DNA of 63,366 nucleotides, counting the filler, from Intoshia linei (lineage: Eukaryota; Animalia; Orthonectida): assembly GCA_001642005.1 (NCBI GenBank). It is 11 parts of 11 records of this genome, joined end to end, with 100 filler letters (N's around TTAATTAATTAA, not from the genome) between each part and the next. Parts side by side here need not be neighbours in the genome. Positions count along the whole stretch, not along the records: positions 8,119 to 13,896 come from LWCA01001745.1; positions 13,997 to 23,314 come from LWCA01001384.1; 9 more parts are not named here. The stretch is one strand, 5' to 3'. Below the pieces are notes generated by a model. The model was not told the DNA's origin. It saw only the letters and a list, made by a program, of their open reading frames with translations, and made no database searches. Positions 11,686 through 23,414 of the stretch are shown here, one piece after another (position 1 is the first letter of the stretch; every line of letters begins with the position of its first letter). The translations under genes and the position numbers were made by a program.

Positions 11686-12725
11686 CAGTGCTTTCCAACC
11701 CATTTCGGTTGGCGACACACATTTTAATTTGAAAATTTTTTGCGACACACTAATCTAAAAATATACTATTGATCCGTTGAAACGAAATTTTTTCTAATAA
11801 TAATCTCAAAATAAATCGCAGTGTTAGAGTTATAATGTTCTATCTGCATTTTTGTAAAAAATGAGATTTTTCATAAAAAATGTTTTAAATCATATATTTT
11901 ACATTTTCAACAAAAAAATTAAGCTTGAAACCGTATTATTTTATGATATAACGAACATTTACTGGTTCAATTACTAAATCTCGACTTGATAATTCTTTAC
12001 AAAATTATCAAATTCCTATTAAAAATAACCTCACAGATTCTAAAAATAAAGATATTAAAAGTATGTTAATCAAAATGGACAATGAGTAAATAATTTTATA
12101 ATTTAAACATATAAATTGATAAAAATTAATTTTGATTATAAAAATGTTAAATGTTAACAGTTTCTATAGAATAATGTTCTATTGGCAATTTTTTCAAATT
12201 AAATAGTTAGACAGATTGTTCTATTAGTGAAATTTAAGTTCTGAAAAACCTTTATGTTTTTATTTTTATCGTACGATACTTTTCAATATACTTTAACAAA
12301 TATTAAAAAACTCAATTGTATAATTAAATTTCAACATAAAAATTATTATTTTAGCCAATATAGTACTTTTAGACTTTAAAGTCGATTTATGAAAAACTAT
12401 GTTTTTGCAGATAAAACATTATAACTCTAACACTGCGAAATATAAAATTACTGCTCCACTATAGATTAAAAATAATTATATATGTAATGTTATTAAAAAA
12501 ATTACATTTGTATAAACGAGATTTAAATTATTTTTTCATTATTTCAAAAACGATATGAAAAGGTGTATTTGATATTTTATTTATTGATTTTGACTGTAAA
12601 ATAATCATTTTGGTGATGAATTTAATCAAATTTAGTGAAAAATAACACTATTTTAGTTATGTAAAAATTTTATTTGGTCACACAAATTTTAAAAAGTTTG
12701 GCGACACATCGGTTGGAAAGCACTG
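11686..12725. mobile_element. hAT (Buster-type) MITE containing a nested TIR element
   Basis: TIR CAGTGCTTTCCAACC / GGTTGGAAAGCACTG; perfect TSD CACTAGGT. Confidence 0.95.
11817..12437. mobile_element. Nested MITE with ~32-bp TIRs and apparent 4-bp AAAT TSD (possibly Sola1-type)
   Basis: cgcagtgttagagttataatgttctatctgca ... tgcagataaaacattataactctaacactgcg, flanked by aaat on both sides. Confidence 0.75.
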
Positions 12726-12968
12726 CACTAGGTAGACTGTTTTGTACTATGTACAAACAGCATCTAGCTCTACCGAGGCTAAAAAAAGTAACATTCAATA
12801 CTATCAATTATTTAAACGAGTGGTTGCCCAACTTGTTTCACGTAGAGTCATCATATCACATTATCTTTTAATTGAAAGTGAATTTTTCCATCTTAATATT
12901 ATTTTGTTAACATTCGTGCAAACAATTTTAAAAACAATTAACCTTAATTAAAGATGATATATATTCAG

Positions 12969-14785
12969 TAGTGTTCCAATTTAACATTTTTGTTTGAAAT
13001 TCAAAAAGTATTTTTGACTGTATGTCCCATTTTGTATACAATGTAAGATGTCGCTTTTAATTTATAATTTAATCTTAATTTGGTCAGGCGAAGTACGAAA
13101 ATTTTATTTTAAAAAAAAATAATAAATTTAAACGAATATAAGTTTATTTTCATAGATTAAAAGTCAGTATTTTATAATATTAAAAACATAATGTATCTTA
13201 TTGTAGTGTTATATATTAATTTCTCCGATATATTTAGATTTTATTATAACAACATTTTCTTTTAGTTTTGTTACAAACGAAAATGGAATATTGGGTGAAT
13301 TTGTATTAACTTGCAGAACAGTATAAAAAACATGTTTAAGTATAACGTCTAATATATGAAACCGACAACCTTCGTATGTAAAATCTGGCAAAATCTGTTT
13401 CAAATAAGTTATTACACCCTGATGAATACCGGTGTTGGAGCTTTTTCTGTCGAAAATCATCATTGATATTTTATCATTAATATTAAATAACTCCAAGACA
13501 TTTAGTACATTTCAATTACAGTTTTTTTCGATACGTATATTAAGATAAATTTTAACCTCCCAATTTCACATCTTACGGGTCAAAACCCCAGTTGTCCCTC
13601 TTTTTGAAAATCAAGCGAGTTGGAAAATTAAAAAAAATTATATCTTCAGGGCCAAAACCACAAATTCCCCTTCCTTTTTGTTAAAACAGCCCTAGAATTT
13701 AAAAAAAATTACAGGTGGTACAGTTGTATCCTGTTAACACACAAAAAATTTCAATCCGAATAAGTGACGACTTCACGGTCAAAAAAGCATTTAATTCATA
13801 TATTTTTTTCCGAAATATTTTATTAAAACAAAAAATGTGAATTAATTAACAGTCCGAAAATTAAAAAAAAAGATTATTCTGATAGAGCTTATTCCANNNN
13901 NNNNNNNNNNNNNNNNNNNNNNNNNNNNNNNNNNNNNNNNTTAATTAATTAANNNNNNNNNNNNNNNNNNNNNNNNNNNNNNNNNNNNNNNNNNNNACAC
14001 ATATCTTCAGCATGAGAACAAATTAATTCTGCATTTGTGTGTGATATATCAAATAATTTATCCATAAGAGTAATAAAATTTTCTTCACGGAGTATTTGAG
14101 AATGGGATCGTCTATTTTTATTTTTTTTTAATAGGCTATAGTTGGCAGTATTTCTTTAACTTATTTATTATATGGTTTTTATGTTTAATCGGAATAGTAC
14201 TAGTACTCCACAAATCCATAACCTTCATTACAGTTAAATTAACAATTCCAGAGAACAAATACGTTTTATTGTTATTATTAACATGATAAAAATAAACCTT
14301 CAATACATCTCTCATTGTCGGAAAATTATAGCAAGCAAAATCTTTCATAACATACCCAATTAACCATATATTGTCTTTGGATCTTGTTGGTAACATTAAA
14401 TGGTAAATTAATTTTGTAAAGTAAATAAATTTTTAGATGACAATAATAAAAATATCAATTTATCTGTAATTTACTATTTCATTTAATAAAAACTATTTAA
14501 TATCACGCTGACTCCTAAAATTTGGTATACAGATACGTATGAATGATAAAAATATAATTATTGATTGTTATATTACGATAACATTTTATTATAATCATAA
14601 CGTTCATCAAAATCAAAAAAACTCAACTTTTAGTATATTTCCCGCCCTTGAGCACCACTATAACATTATGGTAGACTTGTAAAATTTCGTACAGATGTAT
14701 AAATGAATGAAACGAACAAAATTTTCACTTGTCCCTCCAGAAAATCTGAAAATAATTATTTACTATGAAAAATATGTCCACCCTA
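12969..14785 (-). mobile_element. Internally deleted hATm-type transposon, interrupted by a Helitron piece and a gap
   Basis: 5' end TAGGGTGGACATA at 14785 (minus). N-terminal ORF 14396-14136 (FPTMRDVLKVYFY...DLWSTSTIPIK) and core ORF 13496-13209 (SSNTGIHQGV, GCRFHILD). Flanks atattcag / atatacag match 7 of 8 (candidate TSD). Confidence 0.75.
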
Positions 14786-14789
14786 ATAT

Positions 14790-15074
14790 ACAGATTCAAT
14801 TTACAGCACAATCTAAAATGAAAAAACAATCAGGTTAACATTCTCCAGAAAATTCTCTGTAACAGTTTACCTGAGACTCTTAAAATCCGAAGCTTCAATA
14901 ATTAAAAATTGGGAATATAACAATGGTAGAATATACGGGATTTGGGATTGTTCTTCTTCTTATGCTGATCAACTAAGGACTCGTTCCTTAGGAAAGCCAC
15001 TATTAGGAATAATAGTTCCTCATCCTTATGAAATGTTTTCGTGTTTAACTTCATTCAAAGAATGTTCACATTAT
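14790..15074 (+). pseudogene. Endogenous viral element: Rhabdoviridae-like (Mononegavirales) L protein fragment, start of capping (PRNTase) domain
   Basis: Frame from 14790 reads TDSIYSTI*NEKTIRLTFSRKFSVTVYLRLLKSEASIIKNWEYNNGRIYGIWDCSSSYADQLRTRSLGKPLLGIIVPHPYEMFSCLTSFKECSHY. This is colinear with vesiculovirus L as I recall it ([22 protein letters not shown]...IVRSEVSSL...[34 protein letters not shown]...CAPC). One in-frame stop. Confidence 0.9.
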
Positions 15075-15270
15075 ATATTATTATTAAGAAAAACATGAAA
15101 ATAAAGTTGAATTTAGCTATTTTTGTTAACTAGTTAATTGAGCAACGCAACATCGTTACTGGCTTTTTTGAAAAACTGTTTTTAACATCGTGATCTGCAT
15201 TCAAAAATACACCCCACCTAGCTACTCAGTCTTTCCAATTGTGAAAATTTAAAAACGATGTGACACCCTA

Positions 15271-16197
15271 AGATCATTAAAAGAAATGTATTTTTTCCAA
15301 GAATATTTGAAAAGGTACAAGATTTTGTTCGAAATTGCGAATCCTGTCATCTATCGAAAATTCAGAATCATAAGCTGTATAAGCATCTAAAAACTGTTGA
15401 AATTAATAATTTTAATGATTTATGGTAAGTAAATGTTTTAGAACCTTTTACTACAAGCATTAAAAGAAAAAAAAATCATTTCAATGATAGATCACTTTAG
15501 CTGTTTGCCGGAGTTAGTGGCAGTTTAAGATATTACAACAGAGACAATTATTAAAGCAATTTTGGAACATATAATAACACGTTACGGTCCACCGAAACAA
15601 CTCCAGACAGATCAAGGAACACAGTTTACAAGTTCATTGATGAACAAATTATGTAGTCATTTGGACATAACACAAACATTTGCGAAAGCATATGTTCATT
15701 CAAAAATTGAAATGGTTGAAAGAGGAAATCGCACAATCCGCGAAAAATTAAGAATTTTATGCAAAGATTTTTCTCAATGGGACACTCACCTGCACTCAAT
15801 CATGGCAAGTCTCAGGTTCTCTCCTACATCTCGCAATAATCTATCCCGTTTGGAAATTATTCACAATTTCACCTCCCTTGTGGATAAGAATAAAAATAAA
15901 ACAAAGTTGGACCATTTAAAAAAATCATTGATTTCATTCAGAAAAAAATATCTAAAGAACATGACAAGTAATTACAACAAACGCGTTAAAAAAAATTTTC
16001 GCCACGATATTGACTATATGCCCAATCAACCGGTTACCTCTAAAGAACGATACCCCCACCGGAAACGTTCTCACCCCTCCCTCCTCATTCTTAACTTATT
16101 TCGGAGGTGTGGCGTTTCTATAGTATCACAATAAAAGATAGATAAAGTTATTATAAACAAAGTACAAGAATAACGATAATCACATTTATATACCACG
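15271..16197 (+). mobile_element. Ty3/gypsy integrase remnant with possible short 3' LTR
   Basis: VRNCESCH zinc motif at ~15330, MIDHFS, ITRYGPPKQLQTDQGTQFTS, VERGNRTI, WDTHL. Purine patch cggagg then TGTGG...CCACG (16108-16197). Confidence 0.85.
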
Positions 16198-16250
16198 AGC
16201 TTTATTATTAAAATAAATTTCTTCCTATACATTTATACTTTAAAATACAA

Positions 16251-16745
16251 TTGATATTCCTCTTTTATCTGGATATCACTACACAAAATAATGAAGATCA
16301 ACCTCTTTGTGTAGTATGCAATGAAATTTTAGCAAACGAAAGTATGAAGCCCTTAAAACTAAAAAGACATTTGAATTCAAAGCATGCTATGTACGCTGAT
16401 AAACCTATTGAATTTTTTGAAAGAAAATTAGAATCATTTGAAAAGCAAAAATCGTTGTTTGAAACAGGTGTACCAACAAGAAAAATTTTTATTAGCATCT
16501 TATGAGGCATCGTATTATATTTCCAAAACGAGTAAGCCATTTACTATCGGTGAAGAATTTGTTTTACCATTAGCGATTAGAATAAATGAGATTATTTTCG
16601 GACAAAGTTACACTAACGAATTAAAAAAATTCCACTTTCAAATGGCACTGTTAGAAGAAGGATTGCACATATCAGCAAAAATCAGTTGGATCAACTCATA
16701 TTGAGAGGGTTTAAAATTCGAAATTTCCAATTCAGCTGGACGTGA
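16251..16745 (+). mobile_element. hAT (Buster-type) transposase 5' remnant
   Basis: PLCVVCNEILANESMKPLKLKRHL BED finger; ASYEASYYISKTSKPFTIGEEFVLP; frameshifted. Confidence 0.9.
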
Positions 16746-17547
16746 AATTAACGTGAAAGCGAAAAAGTACCCAAAAATGTGCTGGACTCCATAACCAAAT
16801 TTTCCAAAATCGGGGTTATCCTTACGTATATAATATGCAATATTTGTTTAAATGCTGTTTGTACGTAGTACATAACAGTATGTATAGTCAACCTAGTTCT
16901 GTATAATCTATTGGAACTGGTCCAATTAAATTAAGGTGATATTGAAAAATTTAAATTAATCTATTTATTACATTTTTAAGAATTTGCTGCTGTACATTAT
17001 TTTTATAATTCAAAAATTTGTTGAAAATTCTGCAAAATTGCAACCATTGAATTTATTTTAACAAGGTATTGATAAACTTAAATTTAGTGTACTTTACAAC
17101 ACATATACAAAGATGTATTGATACCAGTCGAGAATTTTACAAAAATTTTATGGGTCAGGACAATCATACTTATATTATTGAAGATTTCATGTGTATTTAA
17201 AGAAAGTAAGGAATAACAATTAACTCTTTTACTTCATTAGGGTCTCAAAAGCTGCAAATAAACTAATTTTGATCAACTTTAAATAATAACTTGTTCTTTA
17301 TCATTGAATAGTGAACAATTTCAAAAAATGGGTTTATATTGTTCCATATCTACAATTCACACTGTATAAAGATAGGTTTTTTCGATCACGATTTATATAA
17401 ACAGTTTAGTTACAGAAAAACTTAACAATACCAAATGTTGACTACAAGTTGGTGAAATTCTATTTTCCTCCCAATGTAGATGTTTAAAATCGAATTTTAA
17501 ACATAAATTATTTATCGGAGGGATTTACTGTATGATGTGTTCATTAC

Positions 17548-19290
17548 CTTTTCATGGATAAGTTTAGCTATAGATACAAAAATAGTTTCAACATTGATAT
17601 TATCTTTTGCACTAGTTTCATAAAAATGCATTCCATTGGATTTGGCAAACTAAAGTACATAATTATATGGTGCATATCAGTGGTTCCTATTTTCTATACA
17701 ACTACGCAGCCCTACATACTGGGTTGTATAAAACTGTACATAACTTTTACCGTTGTAGAGTAGAATATATCATAAAGATACTCTGATAAATCTTGTTTCT
17801 GAGGGCTATTTTTGTAATTTTCAACTAACCTTATAATAATTTCCTAGTATAATGCACATTGAAAATACATTGATAATTTCGCGATTTTTAAATGAATGTG
17901 AAAAAAATTAAAATACGGGTGTCTACTTAAATTCAACCATTTTTACTAAAAATCAAAATTTACCAACCCTTAAGTGACAATCCACTTTTACAAACCCCTA
18001 AATTAAAATTTCAATTTTATCAACCCTAAAAGAAAAAATTTAGTTTTAACAACCCTTTAGAATATTTAAATATATAACAACAATTTAAATAATAAAAAAT
18101 AGCAATTTTTTAAGTTTTTAACGAAGATCCAAAGAATAATTTAATTATTACTTTTCTACAGTTTTATAAATTGTATATAATACAGTTATGGATTTTTCCA
18201 TAAGGGTTGGTAAAACTGGAATTTTCCTTTTAGGGTAGGTAAAATGGAAATTTTAATTTAGGGGTTTGAAATTTTCCCTAAAAAGTTGTTAAAACTGAAT
18301 TTTTTTTTTTAGGGTTGGTAAAACTGGAATTTTCCTTTTAGGGCAGGTCCAACTAGATTTTTCGTTTAAGGGTTGGCTGATTGTGTTATATATGTATAAT
18401 ATAGATAAAATAAAAAATACATGGTCAGCTGCTGATTTTGAAACAACTCGTTTTGATTCAAGGTCACATTTATTGCCAATTAAGTATTTTATAACATCTC
18501 CTCTAGCCAACTAATTATCATAAATTATACAAATTACATATTTTATAGAATAAATCAATGTACAATAACAGCGTCTTGTAAAAGTCCAATGAAATGAAAT
18601 TAAAATGAATAATTCTAGTTTTTCGGTGATGTCAACAAAAACGCTATTTATAAAATTTTCAAAAGTGCCACTACAAATGTACAAAGATTTTATTCGAAAA
18701 TTTTTTCGATATAATAGTTAATATTTAATACGGGTGACTTTGAAAAAAAGTTGATAAGATATGAATAGTTAAATTTAATTTTTTGCTAAAAAAGCAATTT
18801 AAAACTTGAATGAAAATCAAAATTAACCAGATATTTTCATTATAATAAAATGTAAGTTAAATATAATACGTCGTCAACTTGTTGAGCCCATCGATTAATG
18901 TTTTGAAAAGATTTAAGGTCGGTAATGTCATACATTAAAAAAATTCCAGTAGCTCCACGGTAATATAGAGTAGTGATTGTGTGAAATCTTTCTTGACCTG
19001 CAGTATCCCTAAAATGAGTTAAAAGTAACTACAATTAGATAAAATATAATTAAAAATTACCAGACTTGAAGTTTGATTAATTTACCATAAAAATCAATAT
19101 TTTTAGTTTTGAAATCGATACCTAAAAAAAATGTAAAAATCAGTAAAAAATAGCAAAAACCTATTGTTGATATAAAAGTTGGATTAAAGACACCATCAGT
19201 AAATCTTGCCATAATGCAAGATTTACCTACACCTGAATCTCCAATTATCAAAATTTTAAAAGTTGGATCTTTCTTGTTAGCTATAGTCAT
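17548..19290 (-). CDS. RAB10: Rab8/10/13-family small GTPase, closest to Rab10; five exons seen, C-terminal prenylation exon not resolved
   Basis: Exons 19290-19161 ([14 protein letters not shown]), 19121-~19061 (IDFK...LQVW), ~18949-18871 ([22 protein letters not shown]), ~18510-18421 (GNKCD), ~17649-17548 ([13 protein letters not shown]). FHTITT is the Rab10-like signature. Confidence 0.88.
17915..18380. repeat. ~29-30-bp minisatellite arrays (tagggttggtaaaactggaattttccttt) in inverted orientation inside a Rab intron; related arrays at 8246-8330, 21860-22105 and degenerate at 32500-32790
   Basis: Tandem units are visible on plus (18190-18377) and as reverse complement (17940-18060). Confidence 0.85.
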
Positions 19291-19472
19291 AGATTGCGTT
19301 TTAATTTTTGTAAATATGAAATAAAATTTAGTAAACTAGTTCTTTATTTAACCGATATTTAATTTAAATTAATTTCGAACGCAACCAATCAATTCAATTT
19401 AATCGTTACTTTATTGATAAAAATTGAAATTAATTTTTAATTTCATCAAAATAATAAATATAGTATTTTTAA
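19291..19472. promoter_or_regulatory. Putative bidirectional promoter between Rab and AQR
   Basis: Divergent ATGs only 182 bp apart; CCAAT at 19385. Confidence 0.55.
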
Positions 19473-21379
19473 ATGGTGTTGAAAAATCAGGTTAGCGAAG
19501 AAAAAGATTTTTTGAAATATTCCAAGGATAATTGGACCAACAGAAACAAATTTAATATTGATGTAGTTAAAAAGGTGTATTCTCAATACACGAAAACCAA
19601 GAGTAGTCATTTTTTGTATTATTTAGACATTTCGCGATATTTAGATAATTATTTATGGGTAAATTATGAAAATTACAAAAATTGTGCAATCATGCATTTA
19701 TCTATAGTTTTAATGTTGAATGAAAGGTGTAAGGAGAGATTGAACCCTTGGAAATTTTTGAAACAAAATGAGAATATGGATCAATTTATTCAAAATGTCA
19801 TGATTCTAAGTTTGAACGCAAATAAACCCTTTTCAAATTTACACAATTCTGATGATTCGGATAATTTTTTGTTATTCAACATTTCATGTTTTGAGAGAGT
19901 TTTATTGATAAAATTTTTCATCAACATTTATAATTGCTTGGAAATTGAAAGTATTCATAAAGTTTTAAAAGATACCTGGTCTCTACACACATGGAATGTT
20001 TTGACGGATGATTCACGATTGAAACTATTCAAATTTATCCCAAAATGCAGTAAATATTGGAAATTGATTAAAAAAAAAGAAAAATCTATGGACAAATCTC
20101 AATTAAAAATTTACACTTTTAAATATTCATTCTTGTATAATCACATCAAATTGTTTTTACATTTTTTGTACAATTTCGACAAACAAAATCTACATTACAT
20201 ATTTCGATTTTTAGAATTCTTGATTGATTTGTCTTCTCAATTAGTTATTCGAAGATTTTTCTTACCAATTTTAGAAAAATCTAACATTCTCGTATACTGT
20301 AAACAATCACAATTATACAAAAATACCGACAAGGATTCCACTTTATTTACTCAACTCTTGAATATTTTGGAATATTATATATTCTTTGAAATGGATAATT
20401 TTACTGGAGAACCGCTGTCCAAATCAAAATTAGTTCAAATTCATTACGAAAAATTATACAATTTTCAAAAAATTGGCTATAAACATTTCCCAATGTTGAA
20501 AAAAATTTCTTTAAAACCTGTGTGTTCCATTGATGATGCAGAAATTATACGTTCAAATGTTGGAAATTTATCATGTAATGATTTAAATGATTTGTGTCAA
20601 AAATTAAATATTTTCGTATATTTTGACGAAAAACTTTTACAATTATTCAATACTCTTATCAAAACTGATTCAACCCAATTAGAATCAGATGATTCTGATT
20701 CAAATACCCTCTCTACGTTTTATACAGACACGATTATTCAAAAATTGATGCGCAGAAAATATCAGATAGACATTATTAATGCTATTCCATTGTATCCTAC
20801 AGAAAATGAAATTTGGGATATGAATATTGTGCCAGATAATTACTCTGATTCTTGTTTAGCATTACCAAAATTAAATCTTAGATATTTAACAGTGACTGAT
20901 TATTTATTGCGCAATTTTAATCTTTTTCGATTGGAGGCTATTTATGAAATTAGACAGGATATTGAAAACGTATCTTTTAGAATGAAACCTTATCAAAGTG
21001 AAGACGGAAAGTGCCATTTTGGCGGATGGGCGAGAATGGCACAACCTATATCATATATGAATATTATTGAAATTGCTAAACCGAAAATTGGTGAGTATTG
21101 TCCTTCTAGAGTTAGAATGGATGTTACCATTACTTTTTCAAATACTGATATACAGAAAGAATGGGAGAGTTTGAGAAATCACGACATTTGTTTTCTTATT
21201 TCTTATAAACCTGTTAATCAATCAACTTTTAATTATGATCGGAAAACTCCGTTTTTAGACCAATTTCAATTTACAGCTATTAGAGGCGCTGAAGTGCAAT
21301 CTATGCTTGACGAAAACGGCGACATTATTGAAGATTATCACAAACCTCACAAATTAACTGGTGGAATAAGAACTTTTAG
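19473..21379 (+). CDS. AQR: Aquarius / intron-binding protein 160 RNA helicase, large first exon (helicase exons not found)
   Basis: SRYLDNYLW, FEMDNFTGEPL, PLYPTENEIWD, CLALPKLNL..LT..DYLLRNFNLFRLE, FGGWARMAQPI, IRGAEV; donor tttag|gtattt at 21379/80. Confidence 0.96.
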
Positions 21380-22418
21380 GTATTTTATTAATTTATACAA
21401 ATTTTAAATTTACTATTTTCTATTTTCTAAAAAAATATTCAAAAAAAAACTTATTTCTGGGAAGTTTCAAAATTGAATGTATATTTATTATTTGCTTGTA
21501 TAAATTTGCATGCTGTGTGTCATTATTTTATTATTTCAAAAAAAAGCAATATAAATTTTATTTTCAGAAATTGAGATTTTTACGGTCGAAAACGCAAATT
21601 GTTATTTTATGGTCAAATTCAAATCGAACAAAGCTTGTTGGTTATGCACTTTGTACAAAAATGTAGCTACCTTGGCCTTGGGAAATCTTTTTCGGATATA
21701 TTTTTTACACATTGTTAACTCTGTCAATTATTTCAGGTTTTACTAGCCAAAAAATTAAATTATTAATGATTACATTTTACAATATTTTCCAGATTAAAAT
21801 TTAATTAATGGGCTAATTTAATTAAATTAATTTTCTAAAAATCAAATTTTAACAATCCTTTAGGGAAAAATTTATTTTTAGTTTCCTAAAGGGTTGGTAA
21901 AACTGGATTATTCCCTTAATCGGTTGAAAACTGGAATTTTCCTTAATGGTTAATAAAAATAGTTTTTTCATTTTAAGGTTGGTAAAAGTGGATTTTTCCC
22001 TTAAGGATTAATAAAACTAAATTTTTCCTTTTAAGGTTGGTACAACTGGAATTTTCCCTTAAAGATTGTAAAAGTGATTTTTTAGTAAATATGGTCGGAT
22101 TTAAGAATGTTATCTGATTATCAAAAATTAAATTTGAAATTAAAATACTTAATTATAAATTATTGACAATATTTTCTACACAGCTCGCCAACTCTATAAC
22201 TCGCCATTAATTTAAAATATAAACTAAAAGTTATAAACCCATTTTTCAAAACTAGTTAAGTTATTTTTTATTAAATTTTCAATTTGTATTACAATTTACA
22301 TTTTATTGCAATATAACCTTTAATTTAAAGGTTTTCTACTACTTCCTACTGTTTCTATAGTTTTAAATTCTATATCTCGCCAACTTTTTTTAAATCCCAA
22401 AAATGGCTAGTTATAGAG

Positions 22419-22608
22419 CAGTGGTTTTCAACATTTTTGTGATCGTGACCCCTTATAAACATAAAAAATTTTCTATATACTAAAAACATTTTATCAAATC
22501 ACATAAATGAAAATATTAAAAAAGCATTATCAGTTTTATTTATATTTTATACTGTGTTCAAATTCTCACGACCCCCTAACGGTCGCAACCCCCGGTTGAA
22601 AACCACTG
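22419..22608. mobile_element. hAT (Buster-type) MITE nested in a degenerate pogo-like MITE (~22180-22627)
   Basis: TIR CAGTGGTTTTCAAC / GTTGAAAACCACTG; perfect TSD TTATAGAG. The host element ends ...gagagaatactg-TA. Confidence 0.92.
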
Positions 22609-22859
22609 TTATAGAGAGAATACTGTATTTCAATAAAATAATTTCCAAAAGAGAGTAAGTAATAAATGCCTTTTTGGACCGTGAAAGCTTAATTTTGTGA
22701 GATTGAAATTTTTTGTGTGTGTTAACTAGAAATACTTGTATTGGTTGTGATTTTTAAAACAAATCTAGGAGTTTCTTTTTTTAATTTAAAATTTAATTAA
22801 TATTTAAAAGTGAAATTTTGATTTAAGAGTTTTTATCCTATATTTTTTCATTTTAAGTA

Positions 22860-23314
22860 TAGAGTGCCCGTCATAAGTCTTAGTCACCCCAATTGTAATT
22901 AATTTAAACACTCCAGGTTCAATTTAAGACATTTTCTCTATACTTCCTATAAAATATTACAATTAATTGTTATTTAAATGAAAATATTAGATAAATATAT
23001 ATAAAATTACTAATATTTAGTATTCCATTATTTATTTTTAATCGCTGATACAATTCTTCTGGGCAATGCAGCATACAACCCTTTAATAGTTTTTAGAGGT
23101 ACGCGGTTTCATTTGTCGAGTATATATCTCCATAGTTCTTCTAAGTTGACTGGATGTAGCTTATATTCGTATCTTTCAAATTTTTCACATGTCTTCAATA
23201 ATGTTTAAATTTGGACTTTGTACTGGTCAATCTTTTTTTATCGTAATTTTTTTATACGATTACCCCTTATAAATGGACGGATTGTCTTTGCTGTTTGACA
23301 CGGTTCACAATCTT
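22860..23314 (-). mobile_element. Tc1 transposase C-terminal remnant
   Basis: Minus strand reads PVQSPNLNIIED...PVNLEELWRYI...LYAALPRRIVSAIKNN. Confidence 0.8.
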
Positions 23315-23414
23315 NNNNNNNNNNNNNNNNNNNNNNNNNNNNNNNNNNNNNNNNNNNNTTAATTAATTAANNNNNNNNNNNNNNNNNNNNNNNNNNNNNN
23401 NNNNNNNNNNNNNN

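Noticed and set aside
15094-15106. CATGAAAATAAA after the viral fragment as a rhabdovirus transcription stop/polyadenylation signal
   Set aside because: It falls mid-L-gene, is imperfect, and such strings are common in DNA this AT-rich.
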